Shown: piece after piece, positions 62,748 through 64,000 of the stretch
How the letters are laid out: each line of letters opens with the position of its first letter
Numbering within the stretch: position 1 is the first letter of the stretch
Source of the DNA: a virus
Virus record (IMG/VR): IMGVR_UViG_2513237085_000001
Span: 1,496-65,495 of that record
DNA: 64,000 bases
Reading direction: 5' to 3' (one strand)
Program-made: the position numbers and the translations under genes
Notes under the pieces: generated by a model
The model's database searches: none
Told to the model about the DNA's origin: nothing
What the model saw: the letters and a program-made list of their open reading frames with translations, nothing else

Positions 62748-63253
62748 CCGATCTACTCATGACGCGCCGCGTGGTGTTTTCGGAATGCAGACTGTTCCGC
62801 TACCTCCTTGAGCACGACTTCGGCGGCACCGGCCCCGTGATCTCTCTCGGTATGGTCAACCCAGCTGAAGCCGACGACGAGAAGAACGACCATACCATGA
62901 CGAAGGTGGACGGGTTTGCAATTCGCCTCGGAGCCAGCAAGGTCAAGGTCTGGAACAAGTATGCGTTCATCGACAAGGACGTGAAGGCGCTTCGAACAGC
63001 CTCCGATCCAGTTGGGCCGGAGAACGACGACTATATCGCTCAGGCGATCCGTGACGCCGATATTCACATCGTCGCGTGGGGACCGCTCGCCAAGCTCCCG
63101 CGCCCTCTACGCAGCCGTTGGCGCGGCGTCGTTGACGTTCTCGATCGCGCTGGCGCCCGGCCGATGTGTTGGGGCACGGCCGGCGACGGGCAGCCACGCC
63201 ATCCGCTCATGATCGCCTATGCGACACCTCTCGTCCCTTGGAGCGCACCATGA
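62744..63253 (+). CDS. DUF1643 family protein
   Basis: SECRLFRY.L, MVNP..AD...DHT, VAWG, GQPRHPL. Confidence 0.85.
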   Translation: MTDLLMTRRVVFSECRLFRYLLEHDFGGTGPVISLGMVNPAEADDEKNDHTMTKVDGFAIRLGASKVKVWNKYAFIDKDVKALRTASDPVGPENDDYIAQAIRDADIHIVAWGPLAKLPRPLRSRWRGVVDVLDRAGARPMCWGTAGDGQPRHPLMIAYATPLVPWSAP

Positions 63254-63405
63254 GCAACGAACATCAGCGAGGCGTCGAGGCGGTGAAGGAACGGGAAGAG
63301 AAGCCGGTTTGCCGCCATGTCCACGATCACGTCGTCTGCGCCGGTCGCGGGGCAGCTTTCAACGTTTACCGATGCCGATATTGCGGCGATGAGGAGTGGC
63401 TTTGA
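63250..63405 (+). CDS. Small Cys/His-rich protein
   Basis: CRHVH...CRYC; coupled. Confidence 0.5.
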   Translation: MSNEHQRGVEAVKEREEKPVCRHVHDHVVCAGRGAAFNVYRCRYCGDEEWL

Positions 63406-64000
63406 TGGCTATCAGCTTGAATGATGTTCAGCGCGGCTACGAACGGTGGGCCGCCAAGCCGCATAACGCGAAGTGGGTTCGGAAGATCGATCACACCCCG
63501 ATCGCTAACGATATCGTTGTCAACATCTTCGAGGCGTTGAAGGACGATCCCGCCATTTCAGCCAAGGGTCTGGTGTGGGTGGAGCACCGCGATTCTTTCC
63601 CGGCCCCTCACTGGAGTGCTCTAACACCGTTCGGTTTTTATGACATCGAAGAGATTTCGGCCAGCGATGGCCCTGCATATGAGGTTCGGCTTCACGCTCA
63701 TCACCTTATAGCAATCACGGATGGCCTGGACGAGGCCAAGGCCGCCGCCCAATCCGATTACGAGCGCCGCATCCTGTCCGCCCTCACCCTCAAGGACGAT
63801 CCCGGCAACGGAGGGGATGGGGGAGCCGAGAGGTTGCGGGAGGCGCTGACCGAGGCTGAGGAAACGCTAAGGCTCGTCGAACATCCGGCATTTCCTGACC
63901 CGGAATACCACCAGCAGGTGAAGGACCTTGGCAACCGGATCGGCTTTGGCGCGCTCATGTCAACCGCTTCCGCTGCGTGGCGGGAAATCCTTGCAGAGAA
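63405..64000 (+). CDS. Hypothetical protein, truncated by window end
   Basis: TGATG overlap; open to base 64000; contains LDEAKAAAQSDYERRILSAL. Confidence 0.65.
   Translation, partial: MAISLNDVQRGYERWAAKPHNAKWVRKIDHTPIANDIVVNIFEALKDDPAISAKGLVWVEHRDSFPAPHWSALTPFGFYDIEEISASDGPAYEVRLHAHHLIAITDGLDEAKAAAQSDYERRILSALTLKDDPGNGGDGGAERLREALTEAEETLRLVEHPAFPDPEYHQQVKDLGNRIGFGALMSTASAAWREILAE

Larger units (their letters stand above)
181..64000. mobile_element. Temperate prophage (lambdoid regulatory layout, Bcep781-like contractile-tail morphogenesis module); boundaries lie outside or at the window edges
   Basis: Complete ordered set of terminase, portal, capsid, sheath, tube, tape measure, baseplate and lysis genes plus divergent cI/cro and replication/recombination genes. 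No host housekeeping genes seen; no integrase in window. Confidence 0.97.

Overview
The whole window is the interior of one temperate prophage with Rhizobiaceae-like (alphaproteobacterial) genes and roughly 60% GC by eye. From about 50.4 kb down to 0.2 kb everything major is on the minus strand. In transcription order: cro-like gene; early/replication genes (GapR-like, PAPS-reductase family, two DNA methyltransferases, RusA, replication initiator with iterons, HAD nucleotidase, metallophosphatase); a NusG-like antiterminator; a ~580-nt densely base-paired non-coding region; then a Bcep781-like contractile-tail (myovirus) morphogenesis operon (terminase, DUF1073 portal, MuF, Nudix-DUF2213, DUF2184 capsid, neck, DUF3383 sheath, tube, chaperone with -1 frameshift, tape measure, baseplate, fibres); an O-acyltransferase moron; and the lysis genes. 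The cI-like repressor (50522-51202) and a leftward-type early operon (RecT-like, NinB-like, DUF5131, ASCH, HNH, MazG-like, DUF1643, many small ORFs) run on the plus strand to the window edge. No integrase, att site, tRNA, rRNA or CRISPR array was seen. The best candidate for an undescribed system is the KOW-less NusG paralogue plus long structured RNA plus downstream terminators, a possible RNA-assisted late antitermination system or a large phage ncRNA. Other leads are a ~60-aa beta-rich module inserted into four different virion proteins, signal-peptide-bearing fibre-like proteins, a Nudix domain fused to the prohead protein next to a GNAT gene, and a catalytically dead S24 domain convergent with cI. 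All family names come from manual motif recognition; no database search was run. Several start codons were moved from the ORF track to the RBS-supported or coupled start.
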